This document shows positions 46,801 through 56,069 of a DNA stretch of 64,000 nt, piece by piece; position 1 is the first letter of the stretch; each line of letters begins with the position of its first letter. This DNA comes from a virus. Taxonomy: Duplodnaviria; Caudoviricetes. The notes beneath the pieces are model-generated. The model saw nothing but the letters and a program-made list of their open reading frames with translations. It had not been told where the DNA came from and made no database searches. The position numbers were made by a program, and so were the translations under genes. The stretch spans positions 788-64,787 of IMG/VR virus record IMGVR_UViG_3300036945_000454; one strand, written 5' to 3'.

Positions 46801-49800
46801 ATATCACCTGAGATTAATCCTGCATCTACTAGATATTGATATTCATCTAATAGCATATTTTTATTAATCTCATCTTGCTTTGCATTTTGTTCAGCTGCAT
46901 ATGCATTAATGTTAGCCAATACAGCAGCACGCTTTCCTAATGCCTTGCCATCTTTAACCTGTACATTCCGTATAGCATCAAATATTTCTGTTGCATAATC
47001 CATGTACTCGTCAAGATCTTCAAGCATTTTAGGGTCAAGCTTTAAGAAGTTACGGACAGCCTGTTCAACTTCGGCAATTTCTTTACCTGTCTTTAAAGTC
47101 TTACGTAATCTACCTCTTAATTTTTGAGCCTCAAGTACTTGTTCTGCATATGCTGCGTTATTAAGAACTTTTCTTGCACTTGCCAAGAATTTCTCACGCA
47201 CAGTTGGGTTCATTAAATTCTTTGCCATGCCATTAAGCAACAATCTTACTTGGGCAGGCTTAAGTTTATTCTTAACTCCCATTGCTTTTATTGTAGCAAC
47301 AACAGACTTAATTTGATCCTGTACAGCCTTAGCACCTAACTTAGATCCTTTCTCCATAGACTTAAGCATACGACCCAAAGCATCAAGTTCTTTGATTGCA
47401 ATTTTACCTTCAGATGCTTGTAAGATTCCAGTAATCTTATCAATCATTTTCTTCTTATTCTCAGCCGTATCAAGCTTACCCTCCATAGCACGGAAAATAG
47501 CTTTTTGATCAGCAGGGGATAGGGCACCTTGCACATTATTTTTAATGTATGTAGCAACTAACTTTCTTGCTGCTTCAGCAAAATCGTAAGCAGTCTTAGC
47601 TGCTTTAGCTTGAAGTTTAAGTTGCCCCTTTAAAGATGCCATCTCATCTACTGTAACTTTCTTAGATTTAATTCCAAGTATTTTTTTTGCAGATGGTGAT
47701 TTTTTTTGTTTGGTTACTTTAGCAGTTACTTGAGGTTCTGTTTTTAAAGATTTTTTAGCATCAAGAACTAATATATTTTTAATTCCAGATTTTAATGTTT
47801 TTTGATCAATATCAGTATACTCAACTGCTTCAAATCCCCTCTCTTTTAATAAATTAAAAACTCTATTAATGTCTTCCTCAGAAAATGCCTCGTCAAATCT
47901 AGGGTCTATTAGTTCAAAGAAGTTTCCATCTGAGTCTAACCCTAATTCTTCCATTATAGCGAAAGCATCTTCTTCACTAGCTATTTTATTTTTGTCTAAA
48001 AAGAATTTTGACACTTCTCCACCAGACATCTTTGCATACTCGTTCGCTTGACTAGCATCTTCTGATACATATAAAGGTCTACCTTCTTCTAATGAAGGCA
48101 AATCTCCACCATGAAATACTTCAATTGTTTCAGTAGGTCTTACTACTTCTTCGGTAGGCTCAACAACTTCAGTCGGTCCTTCGGCTGTAGTTTCTCCAGT
48201 TCCTGTTTGAGTTGTTGTAGTTTCTGTAGCCTGGTTGATGGCATTGTCGATTTGCTCGTCTGTTGCATTATTCTCAAAATTTTGTAGTGTATATTGATAA
48301 GCAATAGACTCAGCACGCTTACCTCTAAAGTAACGGCTTTGCCCATTCTCGGTTTCTAATCTTACTGATTTAACATTGCCATCTTCGTCAAATGTAATCG
48401 CATCCATAGGAGCATCGGCAACATTGACATATTTCTTTCCTGCAACCTCGATCGATCCATCTTCGCCAATCTCAATAGGTATCGGGGCTTTGGGTTCTAT
48501 TCCAAAGTCCTTAAGATCCGATTCGCTTAAGTCAGAAATGTTTCCAAGTTCTACAATCTCTTCTCCTGACTCAAATAATACTTGTCCATTGTCATCAACA
48601 AAAAGGTTACCCTCATTGCCACGCATAGTAAATGTATTATCGGCATCTAAGGCTTGTCCTATTTTTTCGACTTTACCTTCTTGGGTAGGGACTTGAGGTT
48701 CTGCTTGGGGTTCTCCTTCCGCCACTTGGAGGCCACCTCCGGCTTCTGGCTGTACAGGTACTTCACTTGTTGTTTGCTTTTGAATGGCATCTCTTTGTTG
48801 TTTTAATGGTTCAAATTCTTGTTTAAGTTTTTGAAATAATAATTTCTTGGCATCGTCTGTTAAATTAGGATCGTTCTTAATTGCTTCAGCACGTGTTCTT
48901 ATTTCATCAATTTTATCATCAATATTAAATAAATCCCGAGCCTCTTCTTCAGTCAATCCTTCGATTGTATCATCATACTTAGTAGCAATTTGAGCATACT
49001 CTGCTTCTAGGTCGCTTAACTTTTCGTCAATAACTTCATTAACAATAGGGTCATTATCATCTGCTTTTTGCGTAGACAAATCCTGTACTGTATCTCTAAT
49101 CTCCTCAAGTCTCTTCTTGTCCTCAGCCGTGATTAATGCACCAGTCAATAAGTTCTTTCCTGCAGCTGATTGTTTTACTTTTTTAAATGAACTAGAAATA
49201 GCACCAGCACCTGCTGTTAATCCTCCACCAATTGTACCTCCAATTAAATAACTTTCACCAATTTTACGAGCAAGCTTTACAAGATCAATCGGTTCTCCTT
49301 TGTTAATCTTATCTTGAGTCTCTTGAAATAATGTAGTTAATCCTTCAGAAATACCTTCTTCATTAAAGTCTTTTGCGATTTCCTTAAATAGACTTTCTGT
49401 TAAATCCTTAGTAGCTTTTGGGTTGCCAAAAATCTTAGCACCTGCTCTTTTTAAAATCTCATTTGTCTTGCCCTCAAAGAAAGCTTCAGCCCCACCATGA
49501 ATTGCAGATGTTAAGGCATATCCAAGTCCAGCTTTACCATCCTCGTCTATGTCTTCCATTCTTTTACTAGCGGCAGATGTAACACCCATAAGGAACAATC
49601 CCCCGGGCATCATGCCCTGTGCCATATATGGTATGGCATCTGCTAATCCAGAAGTAGCTCTACGAATAACATTACCTGCATTCTCTAAAGATGGCTTAGA
49701 TGCGAACTTGGCAATATCGTCAAACGTATCGCCTTCTTGCTCAATAGTTTTTTCAAGAATTTTTTCTGATAAATTATTCCAATAGTCATAGGCTATTTGT

Positions 49801-50663
49801 GATCCTCTATAACCAGGATTGGCATTGCCCAATACAATATTTCTAACTTCTTGTTTTGCCGCAGCAGGTAGCTTATTAAACTCGTCTGTTTTTCCGTAAG
49901 ATGCTAGTTGTACATCTAGTGCTAAATTGGTTGCATATGCAGGAAGAGCATCAAAAGCTGCAATTGTTTTTGCACCTGCTGATTTCAATCTATTCCAAAC
50001 ATTTTCTAATTCACCAATTGTTGCATTCTTATCTTTAATAGTTTGAGATACAACAGCATCGCTTTTTTCTAATGCATCTTTTTGAAACTTAAATGCATCC
50101 AAGCGAGCATTAAGTTTTTCTTGATCCTTTATTAATTGTTTTTGTTTTGTTATTAAGTTAGGATTACTTTTATCAGCATCATATTCAGCATTAAATTGAT
50201 TAATACTTTGCTCAAATTTTATTCTATCTTTTTCTAATTTACTCGCAGAATAATTTAAATCTTTTGCTTGAGTTTGTTGTAACTCACGTTGACGATTGAC
50301 ATTAGTTGAAATGTCTGTATCAAGATTCTTCCATCCTTTATTTAGTACGTCAAATCTACCTGCAACATCTAACCCTTGTTTGGTCTTAGATGGTTGCAAC
50401 AAAGTCCCCTCACTTTGAGTGACAGGCTTTGCTACTTCTTTCTTTTTAGTTGGTGCGGCTGATAATGATGCCGAAGGTCCAGTTACTACTTGACCGCTTA
50501 AAACCGAAGAAGGCTTCGTAGTTTTTGAAGTAGATGGTAAAGCCGTAGGAATTTTTTTTTTTACAGGTTCGCCAAAATCAGGTAATTCATCTAATGTAGC
50601 CATCTCAAAATCAGGTAATTCATCCAATGTTGCTACTTTCTGTTTAATAGGTTGTTTTTCCAT
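43875..50663 (-). CDS. Large internal virion/ejection (polyvalent-type) protein
   Basis: 2262 aa helical protein; EGISEGLT membrane-type motif; last of three ejection-like genes. Confidence 0.65.
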   Translation of the reverse strand: MEKQPIKQKVATLDELPDFEMATLDELPDFGEPVKKKIPTALPSTSKTTKPSSVLSGQVVTGPSASLSAAPTKKKEVAKPVTQSEGTLLQPSKTKQGLDVAGRFDVLNKGWKNLDTDISTNVNRQRELQQTQAKDLNYSASKLEKDRIKFEQSINQFNAEYDADKSNPNLITKQKQLIKDQEKLNARLDAFKFQKDALEKSDAVVSQTIKDKNATIGELENVWNRLKSAGAKTIAAFDALPAYATNLALDVQLASYGKTDEFNKLPAAAKQEVRNIVLGNANPGYRGSQIAYDYWNNLSEKILEKTIEQEGDTFDDIAKFASKPSLENAGNVIRRATSGLADAIPYMAQGMMPGGLFLMGVTSAASKRMEDIDEDGKAGLGYALTSAIHGGAEAFFEGKTNEILKRAGAKIFGNPKATKDLTESLFKEIAKDFNEEGISEGLTTLFQETQDKINKGEPIDLVKLARKIGESYLIGGTIGGGLTAGAGAISSSFKKVKQSAAGKNLLTGALITAEDKKRLEEIRDTVQDLSTQKADDNDPIVNEVIDEKLSDLEAEYAQIATKYDDTIEGLTEEEARDLFNIDDKIDEIRTRAEAIKNDPNLTDDAKKLLFQKLKQEFEPLKQQRDAIQKQTTSEVPVQPEAGGGLQVAEGEPQAEPQVPTQEGKVEKIGQALDADNTFTMRGNEGNLFVDDNGQVLFESGEEIVELGNISDLSESDLKDFGIEPKAPIPIEIGEDGSIEVAGKKYVNVADAPMDAITFDEDGNVKSVRLETENGQSRYFRGKRAESIAYQYTLQNFENNATDEQIDNAINQATETTTTQTGTGETTAEGPTEVVEPTEEVVRPTETIEVFHGGDLPSLEEGRPLYVSEDASQANEYAKMSGGEVSKFFLDKNKIASEEDAFAIMEELGLDSDGNFFELIDPRFDEAFSEEDINRVFNLLKERGFEAVEYTDIDQKTLKSGIKNILVLDAKKSLKTEPQVTAKVTKQKKSPSAKKILGIKSKKVTVDEMASLKGQLKLQAKAAKTAYDFAEAARKLVATYIKNNVQGALSPADQKAIFRAMEGKLDTAENKKKMIDKITGILQASEGKIAIKELDALGRMLKSMEKGSKLGAKAVQDQIKSVVATIKAMGVKNKLKPAQVRLLLNGMAKNLMNPTVREKFLASARKVLNNAAYAEQVLEAQKLRGRLRKTLKTGKEIAEVEQAVRNFLKLDPKMLEDLDEYMDYATEIFDAIRNVQVKDGKALGKRAAVLANINAYAAEQNAKQDEINKNMLLDEYQYLVDAGLISGDMSFDEINDYINSVENNPNSADSTKSDIVREYTKEAFAGFAQTAKEMLEEGEYDEQDVDFKMINDFINMDIEALPLEQQLRAVESLENFIVNGTTSRMGAILQTYTGNTNSAKDAEGGMKARPLSYGLIGRLAYLKKITNKGLIGNILGGIASVGDLYNNLEAIYISKTDSLIAGLFRSTYTGIKFLKNSGFAGIVRGFVEGKKIANDFAKKYSDKFDGSKPNGMDFKSALNIFERGIFADLSRTILNGTPEQVKKEFDRKMKQLKLTIEALRKTGKQELIDKADLYDSIYQKIKDAKDINDVKKNIDPINQAAVGEVQDMWRKYYPEFKRMAADYYNIVLDEDANYVPDMYEKLMENVSDDLLVKGAFKMAFDVVSTEKVGTLKKNQKIDGLPKNDKTKEVNRVRDYDFDFNNISALEKTLVDVRTTPFVQQFMGYTNSESFIEIFPDFDDRQMVLKRLNFNINALRERQDTYSSKEAKIVNKVVTSLSKYGTRIGLGSLSSAPKQSIPMIANTAINMIDDLGSFGMSFADFFDKDAMEFLDKSGYGISLRGAESQTSIDFAEKLIERANKGKVGKFTEALSYLGDKYIEKFLKDPDVTVANIAWLGYYRSKLKSMGVDMTNFDWKNHEINEEAADYAEFMVQDQQNMNISELGGKLLASKDATTKIIRQLFFPFASYQFNLKDKNNRNITLLTSKTSSAQEKVKAVQSLTAGLIEAYTFQTIQALIGGLLLSAAYYALGYEKPEEEKTDGILDAIAKAMPFMRSKSASEKWTDSIFVGKSIFEFVAPIPNQLEYVTLIGLNNLMDYVQGGSPKEQLKAKKEEEKQEKNLFGRKAKRRKKAFGAPVVDKKAEALKEKMDQPFRFFAKDELPVTQVVGDIVGGVPSVGIEAILDMGYRADEAFDGSFTDKYGNTFEYSDEQKKVLKQSLIPRAMVAMNIAPREFLTISNNIVKAVNIKAKEDAKAKKDSTKRKTRF

Positions 50664-50666
50664 GTT

Positions 50667-52286
50667 TTACTTTCCTTCTACTTTAAATTTACCACCTGAT
50701 TCAAGTTGTTTTATATATGCATCAATTTTTGACTGAGTTGCATCTTTACCCAACTTTTGTTTTATCGTATTTAATGAAACTATTTTAACATCACCACTTT
50801 GTTTAGGAGCTAGCTTTGCTTGAGGTACTGCTTTTGATATAGGAGCTGGTGCAGGAGCTTTCCCTCGCTGACTAGTATACCCCATTGCACCTTGACTAAG
50901 TTGTTGATATTTTCCCCACTCAGCTCTAGATGATAATGCATCTCCACCTCCTAATATTGAGTATAATTCTTGAGGTGACTTCACACTCAAGACTACTGCG
51001 TATGGTGAGTTTGCATCAGCCTTATCAATTACATCAACGCCACCATTTTTATTTTTTCTTAGTGTAGCGGCTGGAGTTAAAGCCCCACTTGTACCAAAAC
51101 CTACCCCCATATCATAAGCCGCATTTAATATATCTCTTTTATATTGAGTATTATCTCCTCGCAATGCAATATCATCCATTATCTCCATGACCTGATCTCC
51201 TTTTGCCAATATAGTTTCTTCTCCTTGAGTATATTTCTCAGGTCTATTAGATCTACCACCTCCAGATGACCTTGGTGTTTTAGGTGCAAATGGTTTAGTT
51301 AATGACTCTTTACCACCTACGCCTACCTCAATCTGGTTACGAACAAAATCTTTCGCTACCTTCTCCTGTGCTTCAGTCAAAATTGGCTCAGCAATACCAT
51401 TCTTTCGCTGTACCTGGATTAATTTATCTACAGGTGTACCTTTTGATATTAACTCTTTTTTCTGAGCCTCAGACTCAAAGAATTGATAGTCTCCAACATA
51501 GTCAGTTAAAATGCTAGTTGTTGACCGAGGAGTAGCAGTTACCGCATTTATTTGAGCATCAAGTGCCGATTTAAATGCAGGGTTATTTCTTGCTGACTCA
51601 TCAACCTCAATAACACCATTGCCTAAATTTTTAGCAACACCTACCTTTTCTAAACGCTTTAAGAAAGGGTCAATTTGATCATCTAAATTAACTTTTAAAT
51701 CTACCAAATTCCCTGGATTAATCATAGCGGATGGGCTATAAACATCATTGGGTGATGCAATCTTTCCTGTAGCAGGATCGATATTTGTACGATATACACG
51801 ACCTGTCTGTGGATTAACCATTATCTTGGCTGTCTTCAAATCACCTAACTTAGCAAAGTTTAATGAGTTGTATTGGCCAAGGCCAGACATCTTGCCTTCT
51901 GTGATAAGTTTTTGGCTTTCTCCAATAGTAGCTCCAAATCCTTTAACAGCTTTATTTAAACTAGACCAATCAGACATAGCTGTATTTTTATACAGTTTAT
52001 AATCAGCCATAGTAATAGCACCCTTCTTAAGCAAATCGTATTGAGTCTTAATGCCATTACGCACCTCGTCTACACCTTTATAAATAAACTCATTTAGATC
52101 CTGGTCCGTTGTCTGTTCGTACTCACCAATCTTAGAAAACGATTCTGCATAGTCATCGTCAATCTTTTCTTTTTCCTCTTTTCTTTTTTGAGTTTCCTTA
52201 TCAATTTGGTCTAAGAGGTTACTACCAATCTTACCCCAATCAGTTGGGGGATATTGATTACCTATATATCCTGCAAATTCTGCCAT
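50667..52286 (-). CDS. Internal virion protein
   Basis: 539 aa, ejection-gene position. Confidence 0.55.
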   Translation of the reverse strand: MAEFAGYIGNQYPPTDWGKIGSNLLDQIDKETQKRKEEKEKIDDDYAESFSKIGEYEQTTDQDLNEFIYKGVDEVRNGIKTQYDLLKKGAITMADYKLYKNTAMSDWSSLNKAVKGFGATIGESQKLITEGKMSGLGQYNSLNFAKLGDLKTAKIMVNPQTGRVYRTNIDPATGKIASPNDVYSPSAMINPGNLVDLKVNLDDQIDPFLKRLEKVGVAKNLGNGVIEVDESARNNPAFKSALDAQINAVTATPRSTTSILTDYVGDYQFFESEAQKKELISKGTPVDKLIQVQRKNGIAEPILTEAQEKVAKDFVRNQIEVGVGGKESLTKPFAPKTPRSSGGGRSNRPEKYTQGEETILAKGDQVMEIMDDIALRGDNTQYKRDILNAAYDMGVGFGTSGALTPAATLRKNKNGGVDVIDKADANSPYAVVLSVKSPQELYSILGGGDALSSRAEWGKYQQLSQGAMGYTSQRGKAPAPAPISKAVPQAKLAPKQSGDVKIVSLNTIKQKLGKDATQSKIDAYIKQLESGGKFKVEGK

Positions 52287-52296
52287 TCGTTATAAA

Positions 52297-53136
52297 TTAA
52301 TAAGGTGCATTTTGAATCCATTGATTGTTATAAGGATCCCATGTATATTGTGAGTCAAAATTTTCTTGTGGTGCCCTGAGACCAGCTAATTGACTTGCCT
52401 CGTATTGCGATTGAGCTCCACGTAAACCTGTCATGTAATTTGCTTGTAATTGGGGAGCTGCACTAGTGGCAGGTACGTTAGGTCTCATTGATGCAATTTG
52501 AGGAGCAAATGCTTTTTGTGCATTTACAGCTGCTTGTTGTGGAGTAACTGTTCCATTGGAGTTTAATCCTTTATTAGTATCTGTATCATACAATGGTGAC
52601 CCCTTTAATGATGCCAAAGCAAATTGACCACCTATTTGCCCTAACCCGGCAATACCTGCCTGAGTCATACCTTCAGCTTGTGCTGATCTTGTTTGTGCAC
52701 CTTGTAATCTAGCAGATGCTAAAGCCCCTTCACGCTGTGCTCTATTCTGCTCAATTTGTTGTGCATTTTGAGCCAACATAGCATCTCTTTGATATTGCAT
52801 TTCATCAACTTGTCCTGCTAATTGCAAATCTTGTGCACGTGATTGTTGCTCAAGTGCAGTTAGTCCACCTAAAACTGTGGCAGCTCCACCTTCCTGTAGA
52901 CCTTGAAGTTGTTGTGCTTGTCTAGCTTGAATATTTTGTTGTGCTAACTCAGTACCTAAAGTGGGAACTTGAAGGCTTTTGAATTTATCTGCTTCCTGAA
53001 TACGTGCTAATTGATTAGCTGCGGTTGTTGCAGCTTGATCCGCTTGTGACTTTGCATTAGCACCTTGGATAATTTGACTTGCAGATCCTGCCGCAGATAT
53101 ACCTAAACCAATTGCCGTTGCTGTTGCTATTGCCAT
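52297..53136 (-). CDS. Internal virion (pilot-like) protein
   Basis: Ala/Gly/Gln-rich with hydrophobic N-terminus. Confidence 0.55.
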   Translation of the reverse strand: MAIATATAIGLGISAAGSASQIIQGANAKSQADQAATTAANQLARIQEADKFKSLQVPTLGTELAQQNIQARQAQQLQGLQEGGAATVLGGLTALEQQSRAQDLQLAGQVDEMQYQRDAMLAQNAQQIEQNRAQREGALASARLQGAQTRSAQAEGMTQAGIAGLGQIGGQFALASLKGSPLYDTDTNKGLNSNGTVTPQQAAVNAQKAFAPQIASMRPNVPATSAAPQLQANYMTGLRGAQSQYEASQLAGLRAPQENFDSQYTWDPYNNQWIQNAPY

Positions 53137-53137
53137 A

Positions 53138-53545
53138 TTATAAAAATTTTATCATCTCTGTTGCACCTTCTTGTGTTTTAACAAACCCACAATTTTGGTA
53201 CTTATTAATCAAATTTTGATGTGAAACGCTAGTAAATATAACTTTATACCCTGCATTCTCACAAGATTTTGACAAAGAATTTATCAAGTATTCTATAGCT
53301 TGATTGCGATCCTTATCCTTGTATTCTTTATTGGAAACAATAAACTCACACCAAGCAATATTAGAATTAGTAAAATATGCAAATCCTGCACAAATATCTA
53401 TTTCTCCTTTGGATACCATAAATCCACCTGTACCATTTAATGGTAACGATTCTTTAGGAGGTGCCATCCATTTCCAATCACTCCACCATTTAACTAGCGT
53501 GTTATCATAGTCGCTGTCGTTTAGCAACCTAATATTAAATTCCAT
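53138..53545 (-). CDS. GNAT-like acetyltransferase-fold protein
   Basis: IRLL, ICAGFAY, LINKYQNCGF; between tail and ejection genes as in other podoviruses. Confidence 0.6.
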   Translation of the reverse strand: MEFNIRLLNDSDYDNTLVKWWSDWKWMAPPKESLPLNGTGGFMVSKGEIDICAGFAYFTNSNIAWCEFIVSNKEYKDKDRNQAIEYLINSLSKSCENAGYKVIFTSVSHQNLINKYQNCGFVKTQEGATEMIKFL

Positions 53546-53562
53546 TTACAAAGATAGTTATA

Positions 53563-54288
53563 TTAAGAATATGATTTGAATACCTCTGAGCTAACCATAA
53601 ACATTTCTGTGTAGGCTGTGTCTGAGTTTGTAAACTCTACTTCTAAGTATGTTCCTCGTGTTGGAGTTGATTCTGCAATACTACTTTTTACATACAATAT
53701 AAAGCTACCATTTGCAGGTGCAACACCTGTTTGGTTTATTGTAATCGAGTTATAGGTATGGCTAGTTACAACGCCAGCAAAGGTTAGTGTATTACCATTC
53801 ATCCAAAAAACTCTATCTCCAACGCTTACTATAAAGCCAATATTGAAATTAAAGTTCAATACACTTGATGCATACAAAGTAACATTACCTACGCCTTGGG
53901 CTGAAATAAATGACAAGTCATTGTCATTAGCATTTCTTCTTATGTAAGCATAGAAGGTACCCTCTTTTAAAGCATAGTAATCAGCATTAACATAACCAGA
54001 ACCCTGATCACTTGTAACAATAGTACTCCACGCTGTAGTGGAGTTAGTTGCGATAGTTTTAAATTGTTTTGTTTGAGAAGGTTCATTGTTGAATATGGTT
54101 GTTATTTTAGATGGATATAATGTACCGTAATAGCTATTTCTAACTTGATTAGCATTATGCTTATACAAATTACCATCTTTAAAGGTATAAAGATTATTGT
54201 TCATTGACACCATCCAGTCAGGATAATATGAATGGTACGAAGTCCATCCATTTTGATTTGGTGAATATGTAATAGTATAGTTAGCCAT
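53563..54288 (-). CDS. Tail nozzle/stabilisation protein, C-terminal part
   Basis: GWTSYHSY.PDWM...LYTFKDG.LYKHN, KEG.FYA, TRGTY. Confidence 0.6.
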   Translation of the reverse strand: MANYTITYSPNQNGWTSYHSYYPDWMVSMNNNLYTFKDGNLYKHNANQVRNSYYGTLYPSKITTIFNNEPSQTKQFKTIATNSTTAWSTIVTSDQGSGYVNADYYALKEGTFYAYIRRNANDNDLSFISAQGVGNVTLYASSVLNFNFNIGFIVSVGDRVFWMNGNTLTFAGVVTSHTYNSITINQTGVAPANGSFILYVKSSIAESTPTRGTYLEVEFTNSDTAYTEMFMVSSEVFKSYS

Positions 54289-54300
54289 ATATTTACAAAT

Positions 54301-56055
54301 TTACATATTATCTTTTAATAAATGCATTGAAATATATTTTTCAAATAAATGATTATTAAAGATATTTTTATTGTTTATAAAGAAGTCGTAATACTTTGAA
54401 TACTCACGCTCAAGATCACTATTGCTTATTGGAGTTAATGGACCGGTAGCATAATCTGTACAATTTAACTTATGATTATCAAAGTTATTAACATCATCAA
54501 TGTGACCACTTTGCTTATGACCGCCAATCTCTTGCGGATCAGACCAATTAAAACAATATGATGGCACGTAGTATGTATCTTGCTCATTAAGTTGACCTTC
54601 TGAGGCTAACTTCATGTACCACGATAATCCTTCGTATCCTGTTATATCATTTCTAAATCCAATCTCCCGGATCCTGTCCATCTTAACAATAACAGATGCT
54701 TCCATTACATTCTTAGATATCTCAAGATGATTGATGTTTGCATAGAAACTTTTCTCTGGCTTCCAAGCATCTTTGTTATTTAGAATTATTCCATTTACGG
54801 CCTGCTCCATATGCCAAGGCAAATAGATGTCATCGTCATCAGCAAGCATAAAGTAATCACCTGTAGCATATACAATTGCATCTCTGCATATATCACCTCT
54901 ATTAGTGTATGGCTTACTTGTAATAAAGTCTATGTTATTATTTACTACAACTATTGTTGGGTCTTCTATACCTAAAATGTATGGATGATCGACATCCGTA
55001 TTAAATATAATTAGTTCCTTGTTCTTGTGTGTTTGTGCGTGATACTGTGCAACAATTCTTCTTACGCAATTAAACCTTCCGTAGGTCGTGCATATAAAAG
55101 ATACTTTATCTTCCGATTTATTATTTATCATAGGTGATTTTGATCCAGCTTCTTGAACTTGCAACCAATAGTAATAGGATGCTTTGCTTTGGTTTATTTT
55201 TAAATCTTCTTTGTATGGCAATTTAGATAAATAGTCTGTCTTAAAAAATAGCCCATCATTGCTACTTAGCACACCTGAGTTGTGTAAGATGCAATACTTA
55301 TCTACATCGCTAATTGGATTGGTACTCCACCCAAAATCTAATCTACTATCTACCTTTGTCTCATGGCCATGTAGCCACGAATTCCAAAGTATAGCCCACA
55401 TACCTGCCGTCCATTTTTGTATTGGGTAGTCATGGTCATTCTTTTGTATATGCAGGTGTTCAGTAGCACAGAAATGATTGTACAGTTTAAGAGAGTCTTT
55501 TTCTACCTTATCCCAAAATTCAGGCGTAGTATTCTTTACGATATATTGTGCACCGCCTGAGTTAGAGTTCATTAACTTAGGTATCAACTTATCAATACCT
55601 ATAATGTCACACATTTCCTCGTATACATGATTTCCTTTTTGCTGGATGTAATTATAGTTTATGTAGCTATTTGTGTCGCTCATATACCAAATGTCATCAT
55701 CAACCATACTAGAAAACTCTACTCTTTTTGTGAACACGATATCGCTATCATGCAAGAATAATGCCGTATTGGTTAAATCATTTGACTCAACATACTTCTT
55801 AAGTAGGTAAAAATAAACACCAGGCAGATATGATTTATCTTCCCGGGTATCATTGTAGAAAAAGAAATTTACATTACTATAGTGATTTCTTAATGTAACC
55901 CAATCGCTTGAGATGTTGTCATCTGTAATAGAAAGAAGTATGTCTATGTTACTTGGATGTACACCGTTTTTTAGGAAATTATTAATTACTGTCTCAACCT
56001 GCCATATGTAAAAAGTGGTGGCAGGTTGAGCACAAACAAACTTCAATCTTCTCAT
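54301..56055 (-). CDS. Two-domain glycosyltransferase (GT-A domain plus GT2 domain)
   Basis: HDSDIVF, GGAQY, WTAGMW; second domain ICTTYGR, ADDDDIY. Confidence 0.75.
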   Translation of the reverse strand: MRRLKFVCAQPATTFYIWQVETVINNFLKNGVHPSNIDILLSITDDNISSDWVTLRNHYSNVNFFFYNDTREDKSYLPGVYFYLLKKYVESNDLTNTALFLHDSDIVFTKRVEFSSMVDDDIWYMSDTNSYINYNYIQQKGNHVYEEMCDIIGIDKLIPKLMNSNSGGAQYIVKNTTPEFWDKVEKDSLKLYNHFCATEHLHIQKNDHDYPIQKWTAGMWAILWNSWLHGHETKVDSRLDFGWSTNPISDVDKYCILHNSGVLSSNDGLFFKTDYLSKLPYKEDLKINQSKASYYYWLQVQEAGSKSPMINNKSEDKVSFICTTYGRFNCVRRIVAQYHAQTHKNKELIIFNTDVDHPYILGIEDPTIVVVNNNIDFITSKPYTNRGDICRDAIVYATGDYFMLADDDDIYLPWHMEQAVNGIILNNKDAWKPEKSFYANINHLEISKNVMEASVIVKMDRIREIGFRNDITGYEGLSWYMKLASEGQLNEQDTYYVPSYCFNWSDPQEIGGHKQSGHIDDVNNFDNHKLNCTDYATGPLTPISNSDLEREYSKYYDFFINNKNIFNNHLFEKYISMHLLKDNM

Positions 56056-56069
56056 TATTATATTTCATT

